In this document: one piece after another, positions 10,155 to 19,018 of the stretch | How positions within the stretch are numbered: position 1 is the first letter of the stretch | Layout: each line of letters opens with the position of its first letter | Source of the DNA: an uncultured Verrucomicrobia subdivision 3 bacterium | GTDB taxonomy: Bacteria; Verrucomicrobiota; Verrucomicrobiia; Limisphaerales; UBA11358 | Direction: 5' to 3' | Assembly: GCA_903858275.1 (NCBI GenBank) | Contig: CAIOIC010000033.1 | Location: 3,994 to 67,993, forward strand | Length of the DNA: 64,000 bases | Program-made: the position numbers and the translations under genes | Notes under the pieces: model-generated | What the model was told of the DNA's origin: nothing | The model's database searches: none | Seen by the model: the letters and a program-made list of their open reading frames with translations, nothing else

Positions 10155-13100
10155 TCATTTACTTAAGGTTTGGCCGTTAACCACGATTTCGAGACCTTCG
10201 AGGCTCGGATTTTTCACAAAGCTGGCTGAGGATTCTTGAGGTGCTTTGAAATTTAACAGCAAGCGGTTGCCTTCCTTGCGCCACGAGACCTCCACCACTC
10301 CATGACGGGTGAGGGTTTTACCTTTGGCCCAGGTTAAACCACTCAAATGCGGACTGATTTCGATGGCGTTTCCACCGGGTTCAGCGGCCTTCACTCCCAA
10401 AATAATTCGATTAAAAAACCGGACCGGGGCGGCCGACCAGGCATGGCAGTGGCTGCGCGTCGGCCACTGGTCGCGACCGGTGGTTCCTTGAGGATAAGAT
10501 TCCCAGACCGTGGTGGCACCGGCCTCGATCATGGGCACATAATTGTGATATATGTCCTTCACGATTTCGTCCTGCAGGCCAAGTTTCTCATAGGCTTCAT
10601 AAAGATAAAACGCGGCGAAGGGTGAACCCAGGCGCACCATTTTCTCCGGTGGATGAACCAAGTTTTGCTCTGCCGCCGCCCGTTTTTCCGAAGGGACAAT
10701 ATCATACAACAGGCCCAGAATGCTGGTGTGCTGGGAAATGGAACCACTGATTTTGCCGTCCTCATGCACACTATCGGGATAAGCTTTTCGCGTGTCATCC
10801 CAGAGCGCGTTCACGGCCTGAACCACATTTTTACGATAGCTTTGAAGCCAGACAATATCGCCAGCCTTACCCAGCACCGTCGCCTCCTTAATTGCCGCAT
10901 CAATCGCTCCCACAACAAACATGCTATTGTGAACGACGGTTTTATGGTTCTGATCACTACCACTCCAATCGAACATGTTCCAAAAAGGACCGCTGAATAG
11001 GCCTTGCTTGTCGGTAAATTTTTCCGCGCCTTTAAGATTCTTAATCACGGCGGGATAGATTACTTCCAAAAAGTTCCGATCGCCGGTTTCAAAATAATAG
11101 TCCCAAGTGGAAATGCCCCACAGAAAACTCCACGCCGGCAGCAGCGTTTCCCAGGAAGACGGCGTCTGACAACCGGCGATGGGTAATTGCTCCAGCGATT
11201 CGGCGGTGAGTCGAGCACAGCGGGCGGCCAAATCATAGCCACCGAAAACACCATAAGCCAACAGGGATTCGTTGCGAGCATCACCCACCCAATGAGTTTG
11301 CTCGTATAGCGGACAATCCGTGAAGGTATCTTCCATGCACAGCTTCAGGGTGCGGGTCGAGATTTCCCGAATTTGGTTCAGCCGCGCATCACTGCATTCA
11401 AATGAGCCAACCTCGTTCACCGGATAGGTCGAAGAGACCAATTGCAGCCGCTGGATTTGAACCGGATTCTTTTGCTGACGCAGCGTGACGAAGAGGTAAC
11501 GGCCGGACCGGCGTTGAAGCGAGGTGAATCGGTTGATACCGGCTTTGGTGATGTAGCGCATGCCATTGCGGTTTCCCCTGGGGAATTGCAATCGTCCGTC
11601 CGGCGAAATGTATTCAATGCCGCAAATATCCACCACCACCCCGGCTTCGGCCGCCATTACAAAATCGTAATAGCCGACGTCCTGTTCACCCAAATCGTAG
11701 AGCAATTCCACATCGCCGTTGGCCGAGGGCATAACGGTGGTGGTTTCCGCGTTGTCATAAATCAACCCCGCCGGATTTTTCACCAACGCGGTTGCATCCT
11801 CCACCACCTTCCGGTCGGTGAACTGCCAGAAAGAGTCATCCACAAACATTTTTTTGTAGGGCAGAACCTCAATACGCGGCCCGGCAAATGCCTGGAGGCT
11901 GGTGATGTTTGTCGCCGTGGCGAGAATCTTACCAGTCGTTTGCTTGTAACCAGCGATGAGACTGCTCAACTTGGGGTCATCACGATAGAAGGAATTCCAG
12001 ATCAAATCATTGGTTGCAATTGTGAACTCAGGCAAGCGCACCAAAACGAATGGATTCTCATGTGATGCTTGCAGCGGGTTAACCAGCTTGTAGCCGGCGG
12101 GAGCAACAAACCGCAGCGCTTTCTCTTTATCATGTCCAAACAACTCCCGCGAGAAAGCCACCACTAGATGCCGGCCAGCGGGAAGCTCAAACCGGTTGTC
12201 TTTCATTTGCCGGCCATCCACGGCCACCTGCATTCCCTCTAGGCGAAGCTCCAGTTTTACCGGCTGCTGATTCTCAACCAGCGTCGCCATGCCGCAAGCC
12301 GCGCTGGCGTTTCTATTCGCCTCCACCACTCCGGGCGACGAAAGCCGGACGGAGGGCAGGCAGAAATTCCAGCCGTCCGCCTGAACCACTTTGGCCCCTA
12401 AAAAAGACCGAAACGGCCGCGGTTGCTTGGCCATGAGCGCAACATCCCGCGCGCGCAAATCCTTCCAAGGTCCGGCTTCCGCATCGCAAATCACGGCGGC
12501 CCGCACGAAAGTTTTTGACCCCAACCGGGCGTCATACCATTCGGCCGGTCTCATTTGAATGCTGACCTTGGGCGTTTCGCGTTTCCATTCCGGAGCATCC
12601 GCCACTTCCCAACTCCGATCCGTGATTAATGTCCATGCGCGTCCGCCCTGCTCCACCGCATCCAATTGCGCCAGCAAACCCGGCCTTTGAGAAATGTGAT
12701 GAAAATCACCGACTCCGAAATAGCACGCATAGATCAGCAACTCGTTCTGGCCGTCCCGAAGATAGGGACGAATATCGATCACGTCATATTTGTAATGCTC
12801 CGGCCAACTCCGGCAGGGGCCGTCGTTGACCCATTGGCCGTTGACCAGCAACCGGTAGATAGTGTCAGCGGTAATGCGGAGCGTCGCCTCCCTCAGCCCC
12901 TTCGCCGCGAAAGTTTTGCGGGCGATGATCGTCTGGTTGTAGGCACTGGAATCGCGTTTTGGCAGCCAAATCCATTGGGCACTCAAAGGTTTTAAGCCAG
13001 CCTCGGCGGCGGTGGATTTGGAAAGACCCAACGACAGTGTCAATGCCCAGAGCAGACTGCACAAAACGAATTTCAGATGACGGGATGAATCAAAATTCAT
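10155..13100 (-). CDS. GH78-like alpha-L-rhamnosidase family protein
   Basis: 981-aa ORF with signal-like N-terminus. 'FTDCPLYEQTHWVGDARN' resembles the GH78 six-hairpin-domain motif (DCPxRxERxGWxGD). The size and N-terminal beta-sandwich region fit. Confidence 0.65.
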   Translation of the reverse strand: MNFDSSRHLKFVLCSLLWALTLSLGLSKSTAAEAGLKPLSAQWIWLPKRDSSAYNQTIIARKTFAAKGLREATLRITADTIYRLLVNGQWVNDGPCRSWPEHYKYDVIDIRPYLRDGQNELLIYACYFGVGDFHHISQRPGLLAQLDAVEQGGRAWTLITDRSWEVADAPEWKRETPKVSIQMRPAEWYDARLGSKTFVRAAVICDAEAGPWKDLRARDVALMAKQPRPFRSFLGAKVVQADGWNFCLPSVRLSSPGVVEANRNASAACGMATLVENQQPVKLELRLEGMQVAVDGRQMKDNRFELPAGRHLVVAFSRELFGHDKEKALRFVAPAGYKLVNPLQASHENPFVLVRLPEFTIATNDLIWNSFYRDDPKLSSLIAGYKQTTGKILATATNITSLQAFAGPRIEVLPYKKMFVDDSFWQFTDRKVVEDATALVKNPAGLIYDNAETTTVMPSANGDVELLYDLGEQDVGYYDFVMAAEAGVVVDICGIEYISPDGRLQFPRGNRNGMRYITKAGINRFTSLQRRSGRYLFVTLRQQKNPVQIQRLQLVSSTYPVNEVGSFECSDARLNQIREISTRTLKLCMEDTFTDCPLYEQTHWVGDARNESLLAYGVFGGYDLAARCARLTAESLEQLPIAGCQTPSSWETLLPAWSFLWGISTWDYYFETGDRNFLEVIYPAVIKNLKGAEKFTDKQGLFSGPFWNMFDWSGSDQNHKTVVHNSMFVVGAIDAAIKEATVLGKAGDIVWLQSYRKNVVQAVNALWDDTRKAYPDSVHEDGKISGSISQHTSILGLLYDIVPSEKRAAAEQNLVHPPEKMVRLGSPFAAFYLYEAYEKLGLQDEIVKDIYHNYVPMIEAGATTVWESYPQGTTGRDQWPTRSHCHAWSAAPVRFFNRIILGVKAAEPGGNAIEISPHLSGLTWAKGKTLTRHGVVEVSWRKEGNRLLLNFKAPQESSASFVKNPSLEGLEIVVNGQTLSK

Positions 13101-13191
13101 GATGCGTGGTGGTTGATAAATAAATCATGGACTAAAACCGGCCCGCCGTCCATTGCCCTGTCCAACAACGATTGCCCCTTTTGAACTATTA

Positions 13192-15081
13192 TTATTTAGG
13201 CAACCGCCCGGCTGACGAGGCGTCCACGGGGCGCAGAGACAACTTTAGAGCGGGCGAGCCGGGTCGATAACGGAAATCTCCCCGCGCGAAATTGACAAAT
13301 TCCGGGTCGGCCACCACTGAATTAGGCGGGGCATTGGTCACAGTTTTCACTGCGGAATACCGGTTTTGCGTCACGCATTCAATCTGTCCCTTGCCGGAAT
13401 ACAAAAGGTTGTCCGTCCAGGTGGCAACCGCATTCGTGCCCTCAAACCGGATCTTGCCGGTGGCATAAAGAACGTTGCGCGCAAAGATGTATCCGGTCGA
13501 GCGCGGGAAAGTAATCTTGGCATCGCCCTCCACCACAAACAGATTGTCGCGGATGATGTTGTTGGTCGCCATGTGGTTGTGGGAAGGCCAGCTGACCCGC
13601 AACGAAACATTCCCCTCCACCACGCAATCAGAGCATTGCTCATCCAGATAATAGGCGGAAGCTCCGTAGCCGCCGTGATCCTTGAAGTCCCGCGCCAAGT
13701 TCCCGCGCAGCACGCTGTTCTTGGCACCAAACATGTAAATCGCCGCGCCATCGTGCAACACCTTCATGCAATCATAAATCAGGTTGCCCTCGATGATGTT
13801 GCTGCGACCGCCAAAATTGATGGCTGAATAAGTGCAATCATGCACCTCGTTATGGCTCACCAGACATTCGCTACCCCCACGGAAGATGCCAACTGCGCTG
13901 GGATAACTGCGTCCCACTTTGCTGATGTGGTTGTTGCGGATCACCACCTTGGTGCCGCCGGCATACACCCCTCCCGCCCCGCAATCGCTAATGTCGCAGT
14001 TCTCCACCCGCACATTGCGCAACCCGTCCCCATTAATCCCATGTCCGGCCACGCCTTTGATTGTCAGACGCTCCAGCACGCAATCCTCCGCCTGCGAGAG
14101 TGAAACCGCCCCGTCAAATTTTGCCGCCGCAAATCCGCCCGCCACCAATGGCACCGTCGTGGCGGAAAACGTCAAACCCCGCAAGGTGATGCCGCGGGCC
14201 GGTTGCTGGCGGGTGCCCCGGATGGAAAACAAAACCGCGCGACTCGGTGCCACCACCGCCACCCGGCGCATGTCCTCCCCCGGTCGCGGCCAATACACGA
14301 GCCGCTGACGCGCACGATCATGATACCATTGGCCAGGGCCGGTCATTCCTTCCTTGATGTTCCAGAGCACATATTTCTGCACTCCAAATGCCCCCGGCGG
14401 ATGCCCCGTCGCCGGTGCCAAGGTCAGCACCCGGCGGGCGGAGTCATGCCCCGCAACGCCCACGCAAGATTCATCCCACATGTGGAAAACGGTGATCTCA
14501 ACATTGGTGGTTACCAGCCAATCCCCCAAATCGCCCGCGCGATATTGGAGCGTGGTCAACTCCTCGTGAGTGGGCCGGCGTTGCCAACCTCCGCCGGTGG
14601 TGGACATCCATGGCACGCTAAAGCGGGTTTCATGCGTGAGGGTGTTTGTCGCCGGAAACCGGGCGCGCGGCCGACTCTCGCCATTGACCAGCAGCAGGCG
14701 GGGCGCCAGGCCTTTGCCAGCGGAGGCTTCAAGAATCCGGGCCACTTGGAATTTTCCTTCCGTTTCCCATCCGGTCACCAGATCGCCCCCGTAAAAAACC
14801 GGCGTTTCCCCCGGCACATTCTCAATGGTCAACCCGGAATCCGCCGCTGTCAGTTGAACCTGCGTATCGTAATAAGCACCGCCGTGCACCAGAATACGGC
14901 GCGTTTCGCCAGCCGGCAGAGAGCGCGCGGCCGCCAGCGCCGACATCATCGTCGGATACGGGGATTTCCCGCCCATGTAAATATCTTTGGCCGTCGCTGC
15001 TCCGAAGAAGAACGTTCCCACCATTCCTGCCAGCACCAAAGTCCGCACCGTCGAATTTAAGTTGTGGGTTCTTATCGTCAT
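13192..15081 (-). CDS. Secreted right-handed parallel beta-helix repeat protein (pectate-lyase-fold)
   Basis: ORF track 13192..15147; ATG at 15081 gives MTIRTHNLNSTVRTLVLAGMVGTFFFGAATA. PbH1-like repeats: 'VENCDISDCGAGGVYAGG', 'NNHISKVG', 'HNEVHDCTYSAINFGG', 'GNLIYDC'. Confidence 0.7.
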   Translation of the reverse strand: MTIRTHNLNSTVRTLVLAGMVGTFFFGAATAKDIYMGGKSPYPTMMSALAAARSLPAGETRRILVHGGAYYDTQVQLTAADSGLTIENVPGETPVFYGGDLVTGWETEGKFQVARILEASAGKGLAPRLLLVNGESRPRARFPATNTLTHETRFSVPWMSTTGGGWQRRPTHEELTTLQYRAGDLGDWLVTTNVEITVFHMWDESCVGVAGHDSARRVLTLAPATGHPPGAFGVQKYVLWNIKEGMTGPGQWYHDRARQRLVYWPRPGEDMRRVAVVAPSRAVLFSIRGTRQQPARGITLRGLTFSATTVPLVAGGFAAAKFDGAVSLSQAEDCVLERLTIKGVAGHGINGDGLRNVRVENCDISDCGAGGVYAGGTKVVIRNNHISKVGRSYPSAVGIFRGGSECLVSHNEVHDCTYSAINFGGRSNIIEGNLIYDCMKVLHDGAAIYMFGAKNSVLRGNLARDFKDHGGYGASAYYLDEQCSDCVVEGNVSLRVSWPSHNHMATNNIIRDNLFVVEGDAKITFPRSTGYIFARNVLYATGKIRFEGTNAVATWTDNLLYSGKGQIECVTQNRYSAVKTVTNAPPNSVVADPEFVNFARGDFRYRPGSPALKLSLRPVDASSAGRLPK

Positions 15082-15406
15082 AGAATTAAATATTTCCAAT
15101 GTTTTTCCCGCGCGCCATTCAACATCACCCTGCTTCCCCGCGGCCACGTGGCCATCGGTGCCGACCGAGTTTAGCCCAACTCCAGACAGATGGCATAGAT
15201 ATATAAGCTTGCTCCATGTTGATTCGGTGCCGTGATTAGAACATTGAAGTCTCAGTTAACGCAAGTGGGAAGGCAAAGGATTGGTTGACAGCACCTTTAT
15301 ATCCGCACCAAACCGCAGGCTTAGCTTTAATGCATTGATAATTCCCATCGATTTTTGGAATCGCTTCCCGCTTGCCAAGATTCCGGAGCTTGCGCATTGT
15401 CGCCGG

Positions 15407-15889
15407 ATGCAATCGCACGAACTGCTCCGCGAAGTCTTTGAGAAAAAGTCCGCCAAGGAAGTTTCCGCCGACCTCGGCCTTTCCGCTTCGATGGTTTACA
15501 AATGGGCCCAACCACCCAAAGAAAGCGGCGCCGGGCGAGTGGACAATCCCCTGGACCGGATCGAGGCGCTGCTCCGCTGCACCAACGACCACCGGCTCAT
15601 CCACTGGCTTTGCCAGCGCGCCGGCGGATTCTTTATCCTCAACCCCCGACAGACGCCGCATCCACACTTTCTCATCCCAGCGACCAACCAGATCGTCCAG
15701 GAATTCGCCGACCTGCTGCAAGTCGTCGCCGCCGCCGCGGCGGACGACCAGATCACTCCGGCCGAGGCCAAGCAAATCCGTGCGCGGTGGGAGGAATTAA
15801 AGTCCGCCACCGAAGGTTTTGTGGCCTGCTGCGAGGAAGGAAATTTCAGCCCGCTGAAAAGTCCAACCGGGAAAGGCGGCAAGCCATGA
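15407..15889 (+). CDS. HTH regulator, phage CII (CP76)-like
   Basis: ORF track 15281..15889; ATG at 15407 (MQSHELLREVFEKKSAKEVSADLGLSASMVYKWAQP...). The pattern 'NPLDRIEALL...WLCQRAGGFFI' plus a C-terminal 'ITPAEAKQIRARWEEL' resembles phage CII/CP76-type regulators from memory. Confidence 0.45.
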   Translation: MQSHELLREVFEKKSAKEVSADLGLSASMVYKWAQPPKESGAGRVDNPLDRIEALLRCTNDHRLIHWLCQRAGGFFILNPRQTPHPHFLIPATNQIVQEFADLLQVVAAAAADDQITPAEAKQIRARWEELKSATEGFVACCEEGNFSPLKSPTGKGGKP

Positions 15890-15961
15890 TTCCAAAAAAT
15901 GCCGTCACTTGTAATTGACTGTTTTAACACCGAAAGACAAGCTCGTCAAAAATCCACACAC

Positions 15962-16264
15962 ATGAAAAACCTACTCCTTACCCTCTCCGCACTGCTGTTC
16001 ACCCAGTCGCTCATGGCGGCGGATGTTCCGCCCACCACCGCTTCGTGGCATGCGCAGACCTTGATGTCAGCCATCGGCAATGTGCTGATATTCGCAGCCA
16101 TCGGCATTGCCGCCGCCATCATCGGCTTTAAGCTGTTTGACATTTTCACGCCCGGCAATCTGCAGAAAGAAATCATCGAAAATAAAAACATCGCCGCCGC
16201 CATTTTGGCGGCGGCCGCAATTCTCGGCGTGAGCATCATCATCGCCGCTTCCATGCTCGGCTAA
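15962..16264 (+). CDS. DUF350-domain membrane protein (YjfL-like)
   Basis: ATG at 15962 inside ORF 15899..16264. Two TM segments flank 'FKLFDIFTPGNLQKEIIENKNIAAAILAAAAILG', a DUF350-type signature. Confidence 0.7.
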   Translation: MKNLLLTLSALLFTQSLMAADVPPTTASWHAQTLMSAIGNVLIFAAIGIAAAIIGFKLFDIFTPGNLQKEIIENKNIAAAILAAAAILGVSIIIAASMLG

Positions 16265-16278
16265 CCGGGGTTGCGAGC

Positions 16279-16656
16279 GTGAAACGGAGCCAAAGCATCC
16301 GGCTGGTTTTACTCGGCGGCCTGTCCGCCGGAGCCTTGACCGGCTGTCAGCCGAAACCTACGGTCAGCGCGGAGAATGTTTACACCAACAATTATTTCGT
16401 GCCCGGGGCCGGTTATTATCACGCCCCGTTCCGCAACTGGTATTCGCTCCCCTACAACCATTTCGACCCGCAGAACAAGCAGTATTTCTTTGGCGGCCAG
16501 TGGGGTGCCCAGCCGTTTGAAAGCATCACCAACATTTCCTCACCCACACCTGAAGCCGTGCAACTTGCGCAAGCCGTCCGGACGGATGTCCCGCGCGGCG
16601 GCTTTGGCCGCAGTTACGGCGGCCACTACTGGGGCGGATCAGGTTTTCATTCGTGA
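16279..16656 (+). CDS. DUF1190-like lipoprotein (YjfM-like)
   Basis: GTG start. 'MKRSQSIRLVLLGGLSAGALTGC' is a lipobox-like N-terminus as in YjfM/DUF1190. C-terminal 'RGGFGRS'. The stop overlaps the next gene start. Confidence 0.55.
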   Translation: MKRSQSIRLVLLGGLSAGALTGCQPKPTVSAENVYTNNYFVPGAGYYHAPFRNWYSLPYNHFDPQNKQYFFGGQWGAQPFESITNISSPTPEAVQLAQAVRTDVPRGGFGRSYGGHYWGGSGFHS

Positions 16657-17777
16657 TGAAACGCCACCGTTGCCAACCTCGTCCCGACTGGCGCGAAAAA
16701 GTGGAAAGCGTCGGTCTCACGTTTCACTCGCATGATAACGGGCCTTACTGGGACGAATCGGCGTGTTACGAACTTACGAGCGCCGAAGTGGATGCCCTAG
16801 AATCGGCTGCGAACAAACTGCATTTCCTCTGCATTGACGCCGCCGAAGCCGTCATCAAAAACAACTGGTGGCCGCGCCTGGGCATAGCGGACGCGGCGGT
16901 TCCGGTGATTTTGAAATCATGGGAGCGCGACGATTTCAGCCTCTACGGCCGATTCGATTTCAGCTACGACGGCGTCACACCACCAAAACTACTCGAATAC
17001 AACGCCGACACCCCGACCGCGCTGGTCGAAGCTGCCGTGGCACAATGGTTCTGGCTCCGGGAACTGCATCCGCACGCCGACCAGTTCAATTCCATCCACG
17101 AACGGCTCATTGCGACATGGAAACACTGGGCGGGAAAGACGGTTCACTTCAGTTGCGTCAAGGAACTCGCCGAGGACGAGATGACCATTCTTTATCTGCG
17201 CGACACCTGTGAGCAGGCCGGAGGGAAAACCAAGTCCGTCTTCATCGACGACATCGGCTTGAATAAAAGCGACAACCATTTTGTCGATCTCGATCACGAA
17301 CGCATCGAACACGCCTTCAAACTGTATCCGTGGGAATGGCTCTGGCATGAGGAATTCAGCGCGCATCTGGCCAAAGACTCCATCCAGTTCATCGAACCCG
17401 CGTGGAAAATGCTGCTGAGCAACAAGGGCCTGCTGCCGATCCTCTGGGAACTATTTCCCGACCATCCGAATCTGCTGCCGGCCCATGACACGGCGGAAGC
17501 GCTGGGAAGCCGCTATGTCCGCAAACCAAAATTAAGCCGCGAAGGCTGCAACGTCGCATGGATTGAAGGCGGCGTGGCCGTTGAGGAAAATGGCGGCCAC
17601 TACGGCGAGGAAGGTTTTGTGTATCAAGCGACGGCAAACATTCCCGATTTCGACGGCAACCATCCGGTCTTCGGGGTATGGGTCGTGGACCATGAGGCAG
17701 CCGGGCTCGGCATCCGCGAAGATACCCGGCGCATCACCGGCAACCTGAGCCGGTTCATCCCGCATTATTTCACATGA
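16653..17777 (+). CDS. Glutathionylspermidine synthase-family ATP-grasp protein (YjfC/YgiC-like)
   Basis: 374-aa ORF. 'GRFDFSYDGVTPPKLLEYNADTPTALVEAAVAQWFWL' is typical of the YgiC/YjfC pre-ATP-grasp family. Confidence 0.85.
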   Translation: MMKRHRCQPRPDWREKVESVGLTFHSHDNGPYWDESACYELTSAEVDALESAANKLHFLCIDAAEAVIKNNWWPRLGIADAAVPVILKSWERDDFSLYGRFDFSYDGVTPPKLLEYNADTPTALVEAAVAQWFWLRELHPHADQFNSIHERLIATWKHWAGKTVHFSCVKELAEDEMTILYLRDTCEQAGGKTKSVFIDDIGLNKSDNHFVDLDHERIEHAFKLYPWEWLWHEEFSAHLAKDSIQFIEPAWKMLLSNKGLLPILWELFPDHPNLLPAHDTAEALGSRYVRKPKLSREGCNVAWIEGGVAVEENGGHYGEEGFVYQATANIPDFDGNHPVFGVWVVDHEAAGLGIREDTRRITGNLSRFIPHYFT

Positions 17778-18964
17778 GCTTCGCAAATCCAACGCGCCTG
17801 CGCATCGGAATGCACGCCAATTTCGGCGGCAAAGATTACCGGCTGGTCGGCCGCGTCGTCATGGGCGTGACGGATGACGGCGAAACTTATTACTGGAACG
17901 AGTTCAGTCTTGAAAGCCGTGACGGCAGCTATGCCGACCTGGTTTATGAGGAAACCGAACGCGGCGGCGAATGGCGGCTGTTCACGCTGTTCGAGCCGGA
18001 ATATCCGATGACGGCGGCGGATGCCGCGACCAAGCGCCTTGGCGACTCGCTGAATCTTACCGGAACTGATGTACGCGTGACCCTGCTGGACACCTCGCGC
18101 ATCTACCACATCGAGGGGAAGACTCCCGAGGGCGTCGAAACCGGCGATGTGGCGAATTATTTCAACGCCGAAGCGGGTGAAGTCATGCAGGTGGTCAGTT
18201 GGACGGGCGATGAGATTGAATTTTACAACGGGGTCAATCTTTCGAGCGGGGCGGTGAATTCAGCCTTCAATCTTTCGCAGGAACCATCCGGTTTCGCCAG
18301 AAATTTTTCCACCTTGAACAGCTCCGGTTCTGACAATTACGCCAGCGGCATCAAATTTGTTCTCAAAGCCGCCGTCGTCATCATCCTGTTCTTCATCATT
18401 TTCGGCCGGGGGCTGTCGTGTTCGACCAATCATGCGGCCGCGCCGGTGAAACACATCGCCGCCGGCCCGCCGCCGCTGGCGGCGGGCGCGGCGGGCAAAT
18501 GGCACGACAAGAACTACCGCATCACCGCCCACGCCGTCGTGGAAATCGCCCGCGTGGGATTGATCTTTGATCGGCACGAATATGAACTGACCGATGACAG
18601 CGGGACGAAAGCCTTACTGGTTTGTGGCGACAAATCGAATGCCAGCGACTGGACAGTTTACGAGCCTTTTTTGATGCTGCTGCCCGCGCCATCAGCCATG
18701 CAGATGGCAACAATGAAAACGGGCGACCTTTTGAAACTGGATGGTTTCAGCGGCAAGGTGGGCGAGTTGTTCCGATCCACCATCAAACAAACCGACGGAG
18801 ATGTTTTATCTGCCATGAAAACCGGGAATGTTGCCTATGGGTTAAGCGGTATAGGCGAGCATCAAATACTGCTGGCCCGCTGGAATCGTGACGGTTTATC
18901 GCTTTTGCGCGGCCAAAGCCTGGCGGCCGGACGGATATCCGCCTGCTTCAATTACACCAAATGA
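17774..18964 (+). CDS. Membrane protein with two DUF4178-like domains
   Basis: ATGA overlap with the upstream gene. N-terminal 'GGKDYRLVGRVVMGV...YYWNEFSLESRDGSYADLVYEE...EWRLF' is DUF4178-like. Central TM segment 'LKAAVVIILFFIIFG'. A second similar module follows ('KNYRITAHAVVEIA...HEYELTDDSG'). Confidence 0.65.
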   Translation: MSFANPTRLRIGMHANFGGKDYRLVGRVVMGVTDDGETYYWNEFSLESRDGSYADLVYEETERGGEWRLFTLFEPEYPMTAADAATKRLGDSLNLTGTDVRVTLLDTSRIYHIEGKTPEGVETGDVANYFNAEAGEVMQVVSWTGDEIEFYNGVNLSSGAVNSAFNLSQEPSGFARNFSTLNSSGSDNYASGIKFVLKAAVVIILFFIIFGRGLSCSTNHAAAPVKHIAAGPPPLAAGAAGKWHDKNYRITAHAVVEIARVGLIFDRHEYELTDDSGTKALLVCGDKSNASDWTVYEPFLMLLPAPSAMQMATMKTGDLLKLDGFSGKVGELFRSTIKQTDGDVLSAMKTGNVAYGLSGIGEHQILLARWNRDGLSLLRGQSLAAGRISACFNYTK

Positions 18965-19018
18965 AGCCTGGTGATTGAAACCACCACGCCTGATTTTGAC
19001 CTGACCCCGAAGGCAGAA

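Noticed and set aside
15236-15775. 179-aa minus-strand ORF overlapping the CII-like HTH gene
   Set aside because: The plus-strand frame carries a recognisable HTH and a conserved pattern. The minus frame has none and would lack a plausible start context.
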